This document shows, piece by piece, positions 29,191 to 39,405 of a stretch of DNA of 64,000 bases. A program made the position numbers and the translations under genes. The stretch covers positions 1 to 64,000 of the IMG/VR virus record IMGVR_UViG_3300035670_009638, one strand, 5' to 3'. The stretch is from a virus. Under the pieces are notes generated by a model. That model made no database searches and was not told the origin of the DNA. It saw nothing but the letters and a program-made list of their open reading frames with translations. How positions within the stretch are numbered: the stretch's first letter is position 1; each line of letters begins with the position of its first letter.

Positions 29191-30168
29191 ATGGCTAAAA
29201 GGAATTATATTTATACTAATGAACTTTATGAAAAAGTAAATAGTGAAAATAAAATACTTCTTGATGACTATATTCTTGAAATGAAATCAAATGGCAGAAG
29301 CGATAAAACAATCTACCAATATACTGCCGACATTAAAATGTTTTACTGTTGGGCTGTAAAGGGTGTTAAAAACAAATCTATCTTAGAATTAAAGAAACGT
29401 GACTTCAGAAGATTCTTCCTACAACTTCAAGACAATGGAACCTCAGCTGCACGTATAAACAGAGTACAATGTTCTCTTCGAAATATGCTTGAGTTTGCCT
29501 CTCAAGATGAAGATGAATATGATTATCCGATCAATATAATGAAAGGAATCAGAGGGCTACAGAAAGAAGAAGTTCGAGAGATTTGCTTCCTAACTAATGA
29601 ACAAATTGAGATGATATTAGATTATCTGATTTCTAAAAAACAATATCAGAAGGCTCTTTATCTGTCATTATCTTATGAGAGCGCTGGTAGACGTAACGAA
29701 GTATTCCAGGTGATGAAAGAAGGTTTCTTAGAAAATAATAGGACGAACGAGGTCACAGGTAAACGTGGGAAAAAATTTAGACTACTTTATTTTAATCGTT
29801 CCAAAGAAATTGCAAAGTTGTATTTTGAACAGCGTGGAGAAGATGATATTTCAGAACTTTGGATTGTCGGCAAAGGTGAAAATAAACGTACTGCAAAATA
29901 TGAAACTTTATATAACTGGACAGTAAGCTTCAGAAAGATTCTTGAAAAATTAACTGGAGATCACATTGAATTCAACCCTCACTCATATCGTCATTCAGCA
30001 CTCGAGAACTATTCAAACGGGACCCATTATGTCCTAAAAGAATTAGGAAAAGATAAACTTGATTTAAAAGTTTTGAAAGTTTTAGCGAATCACAATTCAA
30101 TCGAAACCACGGAAGGTTATTTGAAAGATCGGGATCAAGAATTATTAAACGAAGCATTTGGATTATAA
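29191..30168 (+). CDS. tyrosine recombinase (Xer-like resolvase or integrase)
   Basis: Catalytic R (GRRNE), K (GKRGK), HSYR, H and Y (TEGY) all present. Confidence 0.92.
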   Translation: MAKRNYIYTNELYEKVNSENKILLDDYILEMKSNGRSDKTIYQYTADIKMFYCWAVKGVKNKSILELKKRDFRRFFLQLQDNGTSAARINRVQCSLRNMLEFASQDEDEYDYPINIMKGIRGLQKEEVREICFLTNEQIEMILDYLISKKQYQKALYLSLSYESAGRRNEVFQVMKEGFLENNRTNEVTGKRGKKFRLLYFNRSKEIAKLYFEQRGEDDISELWIVGKGENKRTAKYETLYNWTVSFRKILEKLTGDHIEFNPHSYRHSALENYSNGTHYVLKELGKDKLDLKVLKVLANHNSIETTEGYLKDRDQELLNEAFGL

Positions 30169-30181
30169 AAAGGGTGATTTC

Positions 30182-30424
30182 TCACCCTACTTTATAACCA
30201 CCATATAAATCATTTATTACTTTTTGAATAAAATTCCAATCTACAGAACCTTCGTGGTTATACATCATATACTCTTCTGAGAATTCATTTTCAAAAATAT
30301 AAATTTCTTTACCTTCATAAAAATTAATACTTTTTAATTTTAAATCTTCATACTCATAAGATTTGTTTTGGTTCTCACCTACAATTACTGAATAAATTTC
30401 TCCAATTATCATTTTTTCTTTCAT
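30182..30424 (-). CDS. hypothetical protein, paralogue of 2368..2583
   Basis: Shared C-terminal motif; promoter 30481-30509. Confidence 0.75.
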   Translation of the reverse strand: MKEKMIIGEIYSVIVGENQNKSYEYEDLKLKSINFYEGKEIYIFENEFSEEYMMYNHEGSVDWNFIQKVINDLYGGYKVG

Positions 30425-30574
30425 GTTACTCATCTCCTGGTTGTTATTTATAAGGATTTATTTCTTTACCTTATATATATATTATATACCATTTTCTTCC
30501 ATCTGTACACCCTTATTTACTTAATTTTTCAAAAAATTTGAATTTTATTACATAATTATTAACAGTCTTATAGA

Positions 30575-30701
30575 GCTATACTCTACGAGTCATCTAGTCG
30601 GCATTTAAAATCCACCGCGATGAACAACTTGTCTTTTTAAACTTGTTCTGACGCAATCGATCTTTTAATACTTGGTTCTCTTATTCTAAATTTCATTTTC
30701 A
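30575..30701 (-). pseudogene. remnant of a small basic phage protein (MKFRIREPSIKRSIA/RTSLKRQVVHRGG)
   Basis: RBS and start present; frameshift and stop; resembles a small phage protein family from memory. Confidence 0.45.
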
Positions 30702-30743
30702 TCTACTCCGATTTATATCTCTGAAACTGAACAAGCACGCTGA

Positions 30744-31139
30744 TTATTCAGCGTACTTGAACAGATAGCCGCCAGTTTTAAATTTTCGACCCGCAACAGT
30801 TTCTTTTCCAGTTTTAAGTGAATGCTTCACCCAACCAACATTACAGATATTGTTTTCTGTTGCCCACTTGAAAGTTTCTAATAATCCATTAATTGTATTT
30901 ACTAGTTGACCATCTTTATATACTTCAATAACTCTTCTACGCCCTCTTCGTGGTTGAGGTTTTTCTACTTCTTCTTGTTGAGATTGTTCAGATTGCTCTT
31001 CAGCAATTCTAGCTTCTTCTTCAAGGATTGGAGTTAAAGCATCGATTAATTGTTGTTTATTCATATCCCAACGACCAGTAATATTTTTTTCTCCTGCTAG
31101 ATTTCTAAGTTCTTTTACTTTCATTTCTTGTAAATTCAT
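30744..31139 (-). CDS. Rho N-terminal-like domain protein
   Basis: MKVKELRNLAGEKNITGRWDMNKQQLIDAL. Confidence 0.75.
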   Translation of the reverse strand: MNLQEMKVKELRNLAGEKNITGRWDMNKQQLIDALTPILEEEARIAEEQSEQSQQEEVEKPQPRRGRRRVIEVYKDGQLVNTINGLLETFKWATENNICNVGWVKHSLKTGKETVAGRKFKTGGYLFKYAE

Positions 31140-31321
31140 TTTTCTTACCTCCAATTTAGTAGTTGAATTTTTTTTATATCTCTCTAATTATTATTATATA
31201 CAGATTCTACCAACTCGTAAACACTTTTTTTGCAATATTTTGAAAGTTCTTGCAACTTTTTGTCAAAAAAAGAGAGGCTTTAGGCCCCTCTAAAATCACT
31301 CAACTAAATAAATCAGAAATA

Positions 31322-31552
31322 TTAATTAATAGGAATGTTAAAAATGATTAGAACAATCAATATAGCAGTAATAAAAAATCCATAGAATCCATAGAACAAT
31401 ATACGATCGCTAACATGACCATCAATTCCAAAGTATTCATTTACTTTCCAATAAATCGTAGATAGAACTTCCAATGTCATTAAAATTAAGATGCTAATCT
31501 TTTGGCGAAGTGTCAGTTTTTTTCGACTAGGAAGTTGAACAATTCTTTCCAT
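31322..31552 (-). CDS. small membrane protein
   Basis: Two hydrophobic segments, AAGGAG RBS. Confidence 0.7.
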   Translation of the reverse strand: MERIVQLPSRKKLTLRQKISILILMTLEVLSTIYWKVNEYFGIDGHVSDRILFYGFYGFFITAILIVLIIFNIPIN

Positions 31553-31615
31553 TTTGATATACTCTCCTTAGAAATAGTTTTTGTTTGGTTACTGGTTCGT
31601 GTTGCAGCACGAACC

Positions 31616-32260
31616 TCAAACGTAACCTTTTTCTTTCAAAGAAACATGTTTTCCTTGACCGATTATAATATGATCGAGCAGTTCAATTCCAACCATTTTT
31701 CCAACTTCTGAAAGTCTCTTAGTTACTTCAACATCTTGTCTGCTGGGATCAGGATTCCCAGAAGGATGATTATGACAAACAATAACTGAGGCTGCACTTA
31801 ATCGAATTCCTTCTCGAAAAACCTCTCTCGGATGAACAATACTAGAATTTAGTGAACCTTTGAAAACCATTTTTCTTGAAATGATAATATTCTTTGTGTT
31901 CAAGTAAATTGCTTCAAAATGTTCTTGATTCTGTAAAGTTAAATCTTCGAAATACTTAGCTACATCTTCCGGGCTTCTTACAATATAGCTATCTTCTTTT
32001 TTGAATTTTCTTATATAGTTTGCTAGTCCAAATGAAGAAACAATTCTTCTCGCCGAAACTTCACCGATCCCTTCGAATTTTTTAAGTTCATCGATACTCA
32101 TATCTACTAGTCTACTAATTCCAAGACTCGCCAATTTACCAGTTGATTCTGGATTTGCTTTAGGACCAATTAGAATTGCCAACATATTTTGTAATGAGGT
32201 TCCATCTGGACCATAAAAACTTAATTCTTCTTTTGCTACCTGAAAATGATTATTTTCCAT
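31616..32260 (-). CDS. radC: RadC / JAB-domain protein
   Basis: VHPREVF, HNHPSG, LLDHIIIG motifs. Confidence 0.95.
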   Translation of the reverse strand: MENNHFQVAKEELSFYGPDGTSLQNMLAILIGPKANPESTGKLASLGISRLVDMSIDELKKFEGIGEVSARRIVSSFGLANYIRKFKKEDSYIVRSPEDVAKYFEDLTLQNQEHFEAIYLNTKNIIISRKMVFKGSLNSSIVHPREVFREGIRLSAASVIVCHNHPSGNPDPSRQDVEVTKRLSEVGKMVGIELLDHIIIGQGKHVSLKEKGYV

Positions 32261-32411
32261 TTAAATACCTCCTAATTAAAATAAAATATTTAATATATTT
32301 TTGCACTCATTGATAATAAATCATCATAGAAGGCTACAGGATGTCCTGTATTTCATTTTGTTTTCCGTTTAATATAAAACATTAGACTGGATTTCGAAAA
32401 GGCCATACGGG

Positions 32412-32906
32412 TCAAATATGAGCCTCGTTTCCGGTCAAAGGGCAATTTCCACAGTCTTGTGTTAAACATTGAGCACAAGGAAGAATTTTAATTCTACAAT
32501 TTGGACAAGACTGACTTTCGAATCTTTGTTCCAATTCAACTTCATTTTCACAATGAGGACACCATTCAGAAACTGTTTGGTTTTTTTGATATTCTTCAAG
32601 ACTAGATTGTGACCAGTATTTCTCAATTCCTTTATGTTCAGAATGACAAGGTCCGCAAAGAACCATATCAAGGAGTTCCAGCCAAATATCTTCGTTCTTT
32701 CTCATATCTAAAATTTTTCCACATTTATCGCATATTTCAAAACCAACATCCATTTCATCAATATCATTCAATAAATCTACTTTTCTTTGAAGTCTTTCTT
32801 TAAACTCTGGACCAGACAAGTTCTCGAATGTTTCCATTAAACTGACCGCATCATCTAGTTCTCTAAATAATTTTCGGGCCAAATCATATTGCAATAAGTT
32901 CCTCAT
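32412..32906 (-). CDS. Cys-rich zinc-finger protein
   Basis: Six CxxC pairs. Confidence 0.75.
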   Translation of the reverse strand: MRNLLQYDLARKLFRELDDAVSLMETFENLSGPEFKERLQRKVDLLNDIDEMDVGFEICDKCGKILDMRKNEDIWLELLDMVLCGPCHSEHKGIEKYWSQSSLEEYQKNQTVSEWCPHCENEVELEQRFESQSCPNCRIKILPCAQCLTQDCGNCPLTGNEAHI

Positions 32907-33756
32907 TTTTAACCTCCTGGAATTCTAAAATATAATCTGCTGCTTTTTGTGCATGTTGTGCCGCATAAATTATCAACTTGGGATCTTTCTTGATTTCAGA
33001 TAACCAACCGTATAAATAAGAAATTGAATTTTGATGTTGTTTTTCATTTTCAATTCCTAAGACTGAAAGAATCATGTTACTACCGATTTCAGCAACTAGC
33101 TCTTCTTTTGAGTAACTTTCTGAACCAAAAACTGACTGATCATCATTAGTAAATCGATTGAGTCTAATATTATGTCCAGTTGAATGAACCATTTCATGGA
33201 ATATCGTAGAGTAATATTCTTCAACTTCTCTAAACTGGCTTAGGTCTGGCATCGTAATGATGTCTAAGGTTGGTGTGTAATAAGCTCGGTTTGAGCCTTT
33301 ATGAATTCGAATTTTCACTTCAGACTTATATGATTGAATCAAGTTCTCTGCTTGTTCGTTGGGGTTATGATGGAAATTCATTTGTTCTTCTTCAATACCT
33401 TCAACATCAGCAGCAGAAAAGACCCTGTAATAACGGAACACTGGATAACTTTCTTCTTCTCCATCTTCATTCTTCTTCTCAACAAATTTCCAAAATGCTA
33501 CCATATGAGACTTACTTCCTTTTTTCAATTTGACCTCTGGATTTTTCTTGTTTAAATCTTGTATTTGGTTAAAGGTTAAATAATTTCCACCATCCAAAAG
33601 CAAAAGATTAATTCCTCGATAAGGCTTCTTGGTTACGTAGTTCTTTGGAATGCCACCTTTCCAAGGTTTTCTCCAAGGAGTAGTTCTACCATTTTGGATG
33701 GCATCTTCAATTTCCTTAATAATTTTCTCCTGAACAATTTGGTAGACTTTTGACAT
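32884..33756 (-). CDS. ardC: ArdC-family antirestriction / ssDNA-binding zincin protein
   Basis: PWRKPW, YRGINLLLL, HEMVHSTGH, YSKEELVAE motifs. Confidence 0.92.
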   Translation of the reverse strand: MSKVYQIVQEKIIKEIEDAIQNGRTTPWRKPWKGGIPKNYVTKKPYRGINLLLLDGGNYLTFNQIQDLNKKNPEVKLKKGSKSHMVAFWKFVEKKNEDGEEESYPVFRYYRVFSAADVEGIEEEQMNFHHNPNEQAENLIQSYKSEVKIRIHKGSNRAYYTPTLDIITMPDLSQFREVEEYYSTIFHEMVHSTGHNIRLNRFTNDDQSVFGSESYSKEELVAEIGSNMILSVLGIENEKQHQNSISYLYGWLSEIKKDPKLIIYAAQHAQKAADYILEFQEVKNEELIAI

Positions 33757-33766
33757 CTTTATCCTC

Positions 33767-33964
33767 CTAACGAATAAAAGTTGAAAATGAAATCAATCTT
33801 GGTCGTTGATTATATTTTTTAGCAATCTCTTTTGACTTCTTGTTAAACAAGGTTATATAAGGCTCAATTTCGTCCTTTGCTTGTTCTCTATTGATTTTAC
33901 CAATGTTATACAAGGCTCTTGCTTCTTGAGCTCTTAGAAGTAGCGTACGGGATTCGTGTGTCAT
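33767..33964 (-). CDS. hypothetical protein
   Basis: ORF with AAGGAGG RBS. Confidence 0.75.
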   Translation of the reverse strand: MTHESRTLLLRAQEARALYNIGKINREQAKDEIEPYITLFNKKSKEIAKKYNQRPRLISFSTFIR

Positions 33965-33985
33965 TTTAAAGTCCTCCTTATATAA

Positions 33986-34063
33986 TTAAATTAAATCATC
34001 TTCACCATAACCCAAGAAAATTACTGATAACACTACTAATACAGAAGATAATACTTTTTTCAT
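33986..34063 (-). CDS. 25-aa signal-peptide-like ORF
   Basis: MKKVLSSVLVVLSVIFLGYGEDDLI with a strong AAAGGAGG RBS. Confidence 0.45.
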   Translation of the reverse strand: MKKVLSSVLVVLSVIFLGYGEDDLI

Positions 34064-34143
34064 TCTGATACCTCCTTTATTAATTGTTAGTTGCTTCTAG
34101 CTAAAACAACTCCGAGACTTATGTCTCAGAGCTGCTTATTATT

Positions 34144-34428
34144 TTATTTATAGATAATTATTAAACTTTCTAATGCTTCTCTAGTTCCACAAGAATCGCA
34201 AATCATTGTCTTATTATCTTTTCTTGAAAGAGCTAATAATCTTTCAAAAGTTTGTTTACAACTAGGACAGATTTCAATAAATTCTACATCCAGGTTTTCT
34301 TTCTTAAATTTTCTAAACTCATTTAAATTTTCAAAATTGTAAAAGAAAGATTCAATTCTTTTCTTTTTAACTTGGACTTCAACTAAAATTTCTCCAGATT
34401 TCAATGTTTCTACGTAAGCTTGTTTCAT
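34144..34428 (-). CDS. hypothetical protein with C-terminal zinc ribbon
   Basis: CPSC...ALSRKDNKTMICDSCGTREAL. Confidence 0.75.
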   Translation of the reverse strand: MKQAYVETLKSGEILVEVQVKKKRIESFFYNFENLNEFRKFKKENLDVEFIEICPSCKQTFERLLALSRKDNKTMICDSCGTREALESLIIIYK

Positions 34429-34481
34429 TTTTCTTCACTCCTAGTAGTTGGTTATTTATATTTCTCTATAATTAATTATAT

Positions 34482-34495
34482 CAAACGTTTGTTCG
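34482..34495. promoter_or_regulatory. LexA (SOS) box in the promoter spacer
   Basis: CAAACGTTTGTTCG versus the Bacillus core GAAC-N4-GTTC; inside promoter 34475-34503. Confidence 0.6.
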
Positions 34496-34710
34496 CTTGT
34501 ACATAATTATTTGCAATTTTCAGAAAATTTATTTTAACTTTTATTATAATTAGATCAAGAGATAAAGGCCTTGATCAATTGATTTTTTTATTTATATCTC
34601 TGTAATTATTATTATAAATAGATTACTGCCAAACGTAAACGATTTTTCAAATTTTACAATATTTTTAATTTTATTACAAACAATTAAATATAAGAAGAAG
34701 TAGCCTGTGA

Positions 34711-36711
34711 TTAGACTACTTCTACTTTTTTAAGTTCACCCCGTCTTGTAGCATAAGTTCCAGGTGTTGCTCGACTTTTAATTGCAGTCAAGTCTTTTGT
34801 ATTTACTTCCACTTCAGTACGAGTTGTTTTTAGTTTTAAAGTTACTTCCTTATCAAGGGTAATCATATCAACAACTTCTTGACCTTCTTTGTAACCATAT
34901 TTCAGAACTTTTCTTCTACTAGAGAAAACTTTCATATCGACTTTAGCAATTCGATTATTCTTGTAAGCAATAATCAAGAATTTTCTTTTGCCATCATAGA
35001 TCGTATAATTAACAACATTTTCATTTTCAATTTCGAAGATGTTCATCAAGTAAGTTCCTAGAGAATTATTCTTCGTATCTTCAATCCTGCTTAATTCAAT
35101 TTTGTATGCCATACAAGCATCAGTTATCATAACAACTTCAGACTTATTAGTAGCCTCGAAGACTTGAATAATTTCGTCACCTGGTTTCAATGCTGGTTCT
35201 TGTTCGAAATTCTTGAGTTTATAAACGTATCCTTCTTTAGTCAAATGAACTTTAACTGGATAATCAGGAATTGTTTGTTCTTGAATAAGACTTATTGGTT
35301 TTACATTCGTAAGCTCAATAATCTCAGATTGTCTTGGCTTACCATATTTTTCTTTCGTTTCTTCTAAATCGTTGATGATCAACTCGTTCAATCTTTTTTC
35401 ATTTCCAACAATGTCTTTATAATCCTTAATTTTCTTTTCAAGGTTTTCAATGTCCTTGATTTTCTTGACAATGTAATCTTTATTGATGTTTCGAAGTTTC
35501 ATGTCAGCTACTTCTTTTGCTTGCTCTTTGTCGATTCCAAAATGTTTTTGAAGATTCTTTTCAATCATATCTTCTTTAGATTTTCTAATGATATCGATTG
35601 CTTTATCAATATCAAGCAATACTTTTTCCAAACCTCTTAAAATATGAAGCTTCTCACTCATTCTTTTAATATCATAAGTTAAGCTTCTTTGAAGACTTGT
35701 TCTTCTCCATTTTAGCCATTCTTCGATAATGTTCCACACTCCCAGAACTCTTGGTAAATCATTAACAAGAATGTTCATATTGGAACTGTATGTTGATTGG
35801 AGTGGTGTAAATCGATATAACTTTTCAAGGAGCAATTTCATATCTGTTCCACGTCTTGCTGTAACTGTTATAAGCATTCCTCGAAGACCTGTTAAATCTT
35901 TAACATCTGTTACTTCTTTTAATTTCCCAGTTTTAGCGAGCTCAACGATCTTTTCAATTATTGCCTCTCTTGTCGTTGAATATGGAACTTCAGTTATAAG
36001 AATTTCATTTCCTTCGATTTCAGCTTTTCCACGAATCTTCACTGTTCCAGTTCCTTCAGTATTGATTTGCTTAAATACTTCTAGCTCTTTTACAATGAAT
36101 CCTCCAGTAGCAAAATCTGGAACCAAAGTGGTTTTCTTTTTTGTTTTTAGATATTTAATAACTGAGTCACAAAGTTCAATTAAGTTAAATGATGGGGTTG
36201 ATGAGCTAAATCCAACACCAATTCCAGATTGAGCATAAGTTAGTATTGCCGGGAATTTTACCGGAAGAACTTCTGGGATTTTAATTGTTCCATCATAATT
36301 GTCTACAAAATCTACAATATTCTTTTCAAAATCTTTCATCATATCAATAGAGATATCAGATAGTTTAACTTCAGAATATCGGCTTGCTGCTGGAGCTAAG
36401 TCTCTTGATGTATAGTTACCAAAGTTTCCTTTACCGATCAACCATGGATGAGAATGTCTGTCTTTTTGAACCATTCCAACCATCGTTCCATAAGTCGAAC
36501 CATGTGGGTGGTACTTGAAAACTTCTCCTTCAGCATTTGCACTTTTTGTAAACTTAATTGCATTCATTTGTTTCATTGCCCATAAAATTCTTCGATGGGC
36601 TGGTTTCAATCCATCTCTCAAATCTGGCAAAGCTCTGTCAAGAAGAACGTACGCGCTGTAGTTCATCATGTTATCTTGTACGATATTTTCAATTTGTTTA
36701 GTAGTAGTCAA
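34711..36711 (-). CDS. gyrA: type IIA topoisomerase subunit A (GyrA/ParC-like)
   Basis: RALPDLRDGLKP, YHPHG, catalytic AASRYSE. Confidence 0.93.
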   Translation of the reverse strand: MTTTKQIENIVQDNMMNYSAYVLLDRALPDLRDGLKPAHRRILWAMKQMNAIKFTKSANAEGEVFKYHPHGSTYGTMVGMVQKDRHSHPWLIGKGNFGNYTSRDLAPAASRYSEVKLSDISIDMMKDFEKNIVDFVDNYDGTIKIPEVLPVKFPAILTYAQSGIGVGFSSSTPSFNLIELCDSVIKYLKTKKKTTLVPDFATGGFIVKELEVFKQINTEGTGTVKIRGKAEIEGNEILITEVPYSTTREAIIEKIVELAKTGKLKEVTDVKDLTGLRGMLITVTARRGTDMKLLLEKLYRFTPLQSTYSSNMNILVNDLPRVLGVWNIIEEWLKWRRTSLQRSLTYDIKRMSEKLHILRGLEKVLLDIDKAIDIIRKSKEDMIEKNLQKHFGIDKEQAKEVADMKLRNINKDYIVKKIKDIENLEKKIKDYKDIVGNEKRLNELIINDLEETKEKYGKPRQSEIIELTNVKPISLIQEQTIPDYPVKVHLTKEGYVYKLKNFEQEPALKPGDEIIQVFEATNKSEVVMITDACMAYKIELSRIEDTKNNSLGTYLMNIFEIENENVVNYTIYDGKRKFLIIAYKNNRIAKVDMKVFSSRRKVLKYGYKEGQEVVDMITLDKEVTLKLKTTRTEVEVNTKDLTAIKSRATPGTYATRRGELKKVEVV

Positions 36712-36745
36712 GTTAAGTAACCTCCTTGTTAATCTCTCTCATATA

Positions 36746-36774
36746 TTTATATCTGTCTGAGAGAAAATGTAAAT
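36746..36774 (-). promoter_or_regulatory. class II promoter (tandem with sigma-A promoter 36790-36818)
   Basis: Repeated 29-bp motif. Confidence 0.75.
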
Positions 36775-36876
36775 TATATTTCTATAATTATTATATAAAA
36801 GATATTGTAATTCGTACATATATTTTTGCAATTTTCAGATAATTTATAAATAAAAACTAGACTGGATAATTCCAGC

Positions 36877-37284
36877 CTAGTTTCGTGTTCCAGTATATAT
36901 TTTTCCTTCTTCTATCAAGCTATTGATTAAATCACAAACACGATCAAGAGTATTTAAGTCATTTACAATTATTCTATTCGAAATAAAGTTTTTATTCTCT
37001 TTGCTTACAATACCAAATATTTCTTCGTTAAGTGGATTTTTTAGGTTTGTGTCTATATAAAAGGTTCCAATTGAGTTTTTATTAAGTCTTACTCCACCGA
37101 GAGTTTTTAGTGTATCAGAATCTTTAAGATATAACCAAGGCCTATTAACACTTTTCTTTGTTACAATATTGCACTTCAATTCTAGAAATTCAGAAAGCTT
37201 TTTAGGATCTTTTATATTTTCAGAAGTAACGGTAATTGTCTCAACGTGCTTTTTTTCAAATGTCAATGTTTCAATTTGAGTCAT
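36877..37284 (-). CDS. hypothetical protein
   Basis: ORF with RBS and downstream terminator. Confidence 0.7.
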   Translation of the reverse strand: MTQIETLTFEKKHVETITVTSENIKDPKKLSEFLELKCNIVTKKSVNRPWLYLKDSDTLKTLGGVRLNKNSIGTFYIDTNLKNPLNEEIFGIVSKENKNFISNRIIVNDLNTLDRVCDLINSLIEEGKIYTGTRN

Positions 37285-37383
37285 TTTAAAAACACCCCCT
37301 TTTGAGTTCTTATTATTATATTACTTGAATTTATTCAATAAAACAATTTTTTCATTTTTTTATTAAAAAACAAGTAGAAAGCA

Positions 37384-39297
37384 TCAATCGATGCTCTCTA
37401 CATAGTTATGGAGATTTTCTGAAATATACTGTCTTCTGTTGGATGAATCAATTCCCATCCACGTTTCGAGGGAATCAATCATTGATTTTGCATCCTCGAC
37501 AGTTACTTTTATCAAGTCTCTTGTTTCAGGATTCATTGCTGTTTCTGCCATAGTTTCAGCATCCAATTCCCCAAGTCCTTTACAACGGGCAACTGTTTTT
37601 ACATTTTGTAATGTATGAAGTTTTTCTTCCTTTTCTTTTTCAGAATAGAAGTAAATCATATTATCATCTTTTAACTTCACTTCGTACAATGGAGTTTGAG
37701 CAATATAAACATATCCTTGTTTAATTAATTCTGGCATTAGTCTGTAGAACATAGTAATAATTAAGCAGGCAATTTGATGACCATCTGGGTCAGCATCTGT
37801 ACTTATGATTATCTTCCCGAATCTCAACTTTTTAATATCAAAATTTTCGAGGTCTTTATTTTTCTTGTCTGTCTGAATACCACAACCTAGAACCTTAACT
37901 AAGTCAGTTATGACTTGGTTTTTAAAGATTGTTGTATAATCTGATTTCAGACAGTTTAAGATTTTTCCTCGAAGTGGATATGCTGCCTGATACATTGCAT
38001 CTCTGGCCAAAACAATAGAACCTAAAGCTGAGTTACCTTCCGCAATAAACAATTCTGAATCTGGTCCGTGTTTTTTACAATCAACAAGTTTTTCAACTTT
38101 GTTCCCAATACCATCCACTTTTTCTGTGAGTTTTTTCTTTAAAGCTTTTTTAGCTTTAAGAGACTGAGCATTATGTTTTTGTACTGCCAATAAATGATTG
38201 ATCAGCTTTTTTAATCCTTTTTCATTTTCAACTTTAAGAACTTCTAATAATTGAACTGCATGCTTTTGTGCAATTTTTTTATATAGCTTCTTATTGGTTG
38301 AAAGTTTAGTCTGGTTTTGGAATTCTCCCTTATTTGATAATGCTACCAATACAAAGCTTACTGAAGATTCAACATCAGACATTGTAAATGAGGTTACTCC
38401 TTTAGGAAATAACTTATTATCTTTACAATACTTATTTGCAAATTGACGTATTCCAGAAATAACTCCATCGTTGAAACTTCCACCTTCAGCTAGGTAGGTT
38501 AGGTTTAAGTAAGATTCTTGGATTGGCTCAGCTGTGGTAGAAAATATAAGCTCGATACTGTTCTTTTCATCTTCATCATCATATAAAGTTACTGGAGAAG
38601 TTATGATTGGTGAAGTTGATGAATTTCCAATAATTTCACCATAATAATCTTGAATGCTTCCATAATGGAATTCATGTGATTCTTCTTTATGCTTAAAGAA
38701 AAGTTTAACTTTTGGAGATCCAACAGCAAACCTTTTTACAATATCTTTAACTTCATCTTTATCATAAGTCGTAATAGGATAAACTTCTGGGTCCAACTTA
38801 AAAGTAATTGATGTTCCATGTAAGTTCTTATCACATTTTTCTTTCTTTAAGTCTTGAACAAGTTCTCCACCATTTTCAAATTTCAATGAATGTTTATATC
38901 CATTGTAATATGCTTCAACATAGAAAATGGAAGATGTATAACATAAAACTGTATTACCAACACCATTAGTTCCGGTTGTAGTTGAATCAGTAGTTTCATA
39001 TTTTGTACCGGCGAACAGGGTTCTGAATAGAAGTTCGTAATTCTTGACTCCATCTGTTTTACCATCAATAGGAATTCCACGACCTGTATCTTTTACAGTT
39101 ATTGTCTGTAAATCATCATGGAGTTCAACTGTTACAACTCCTTCATCAAAGTTATTAATTACTTCATCAGTTCCATTTGCAATAACTTCTTTTAAACCAT
39201 GATAGTAGTTGTCTCTTGAACCATACCAAACAGAAATTTTTTCTCTAGCTTTCTCTCTGTCATTCAATACTCGGATTCTGTCATTATTAGTAGTCAT
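37384..39297 (-). CDS. gyrB: type IIA topoisomerase subunit B (GyrB/ParE-like)
   Basis: EVIANGTDE, DTGRGIP, EGNSA, PLRGKILN, DADPDG, KGLGE motifs. Confidence 0.95.
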   Translation of the reverse strand: MTTNNDRIRVLNDREKAREKISVWYGSRDNYYHGLKEVIANGTDEVINNFDEGVVTVELHDDLQTITVKDTGRGIPIDGKTDGVKNYELLFRTLFAGTKYETTDSTTTGTNGVGNTVLCYTSSIFYVEAYYNGYKHSLKFENGGELVQDLKKEKCDKNLHGTSITFKLDPEVYPITTYDKDEVKDIVKRFAVGSPKVKLFFKHKEESHEFHYGSIQDYYGEIIGNSSTSPIITSPVTLYDDEDEKNSIELIFSTTAEPIQESYLNLTYLAEGGSFNDGVISGIRQFANKYCKDNKLFPKGVTSFTMSDVESSVSFVLVALSNKGEFQNQTKLSTNKKLYKKIAQKHAVQLLEVLKVENEKGLKKLINHLLAVQKHNAQSLKAKKALKKKLTEKVDGIGNKVEKLVDCKKHGPDSELFIAEGNSALGSIVLARDAMYQAAYPLRGKILNCLKSDYTTIFKNQVITDLVKVLGCGIQTDKKNKDLENFDIKKLRFGKIIISTDADPDGHQIACLIITMFYRLMPELIKQGYVYIAQTPLYEVKLKDDNMIYFYSEKEKEEKLHTLQNVKTVARCKGLGELDAETMAETAMNPETRDLIKVTVEDAKSMIDSLETWMGIDSSNRRQYISENLHNYVESID

Positions 39298-39405
39298 TAA
39301 GCAATTCCTCCTAAAAAGTTTTTCCAATATTTGGAAATATCTCTCTAATAATTATTATATCAAGTTCCGTAAAAACGTAAACACTTTTTAGGAGGGTTTT
39401 TTCTT

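Noticed and set aside
29110-30200. attP or dif-like site beside the recombinase
   Set aside because: No convincing core or arm repeats could be identified by eye.
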